Positions 60,432-60,737 of a stretch of 60,737 nucleotides of DNA are shown in pieces; positions within the stretch are counted from its first letter, which is position 1, and each line of letters begins with the position of its first letter. A program made the position numbers and the translations under genes. The notes below the pieces were generated by a model that saw only the letters and a list, made by a program, of their open reading frames with translations, had not been told where the DNA came from and did no database searches. This DNA is from Aquificales bacterium. Lineage in GTDB: Bacteria > Aquificota > Aquificia > Aquificales > Aquificaceae. The stretch covers positions 1 to 60,737 of the forward strand of contig WFPJ01000121.1 in the NCBI GenBank assembly GCA_015487615.1, written 5' to 3'.

Positions 60432-60737
60432 TTATCTCAGTAGCTGAAGTACCATTTGAGGTAAGGCGTTCGCTTGAGCGAGCATTGCCATACTTGCCTG
60501 CATCCTTACCTGCTGTTTTGTAAACTCTATCATCTCCTTAGCGAAGTCAACGTTTCTTATAACGTTTTCAGCCTCATTGGTGTTATCTTGAGCTACCTTT
60601 TGGTAATCTTGGATAGCCTGCAGATTTAACATTACGGAACCTACATCCGCTCTAAGGCTATCCACTTTCTTTATTGCAACATCAATAACTTTCATTGCAA
60701 GTTCTGCACCTTGGTTGTCCGTTACGTCAATTGAGTA
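60432..60737 (-). CDS. fliC: Flagellin, C-terminal part (5' end beyond window)
   Basis: Open to the window edge. The C-terminal D0/D1 consensus is present: RADVGSVMLNLQ...NVDFAKEMIEFTKQQVRMQASMAMLAQANALPQMVLQLLR. Confidence 0.9.
   Translation of the reverse strand, partial: YSIDVTDNQGAELAMKVIDVAIKKVDSLRADVGSVMLNLQAIQDYQKVAQDNTNEAENVIRNVDFAKEMIEFTKQQVRMQASMAMLAQANALPQMVLQLLR

Overview
Gene-dense (about 95% coding), AT-leaning chromosomal window with many ATGA or TAATG start/stop overlaps. No transposases, integrases, CRISPR arrays or rRNA genes are visible. The content suggests a thermophilic, microaerophilic, flagellated chemolithoautotroph of the Aquificae type. This is an inference from a Hydrogenobacter-like cytochrome c-552, a five-subunit 2-oxoacid:ferredoxin oxidoreductase and AGG/AGA-rich coding; no database search was run. 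Content from left to right: (1) An 11 kb aerobic respiration island (1-10965): the tail of an alternative complex III (ActC, ActD and a membrane subunit), cytochrome c-552, TlpA, coxC-sco-coxB-coxA (A2-type oxidase), ctaA-ctaB, a divergent subunit-I-like protein that lacks the CuB His-His pair, two unannotated single-TM small ORFs, and DUF420/CtaM. (2) Housekeeping genes: pstB, der, glnE, tRNA-Arg(CCT), gpsA, lptB, htrA and a sigma factor. (3) A canonical FccB/SoxF flavoprotein translationally coupled to a Tat-exported Rieske protein. (4) More housekeeping genes: argJ, a stomatin/protease pair, and rplU-rpmA. (5) A cobalamin riboswitch heading one tightly overlapped operon, btuF-btuC-btuD-(signal-less BtuF paralogue)-nrdA-nrdB-TonB receptor(-nth). 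(6) A five-subunit 2-oxoacid:ferredoxin oxidoreductase. (7) An unrecognised di-haem lipoprotein next to a BASS transporter. (8) groES-groEL, a SulP permease, and the flagellar filament genes fliC-flaG-fliD-fliS. A recurring regulatory signature is a -10 hexamer only 6-9 nt upstream of start codons that lack a Shine-Dalgarno (SD) sequence, including overlapping or palindromic -10 boxes in 18-22 bp divergent intergenic regions. My best candidate for something genuinely undescribed is the CuB-less haem-copper-oxidase-like protein with its small ORF, coupled to the haem A synthesis genes. All family calls come from motif recognition by eye.
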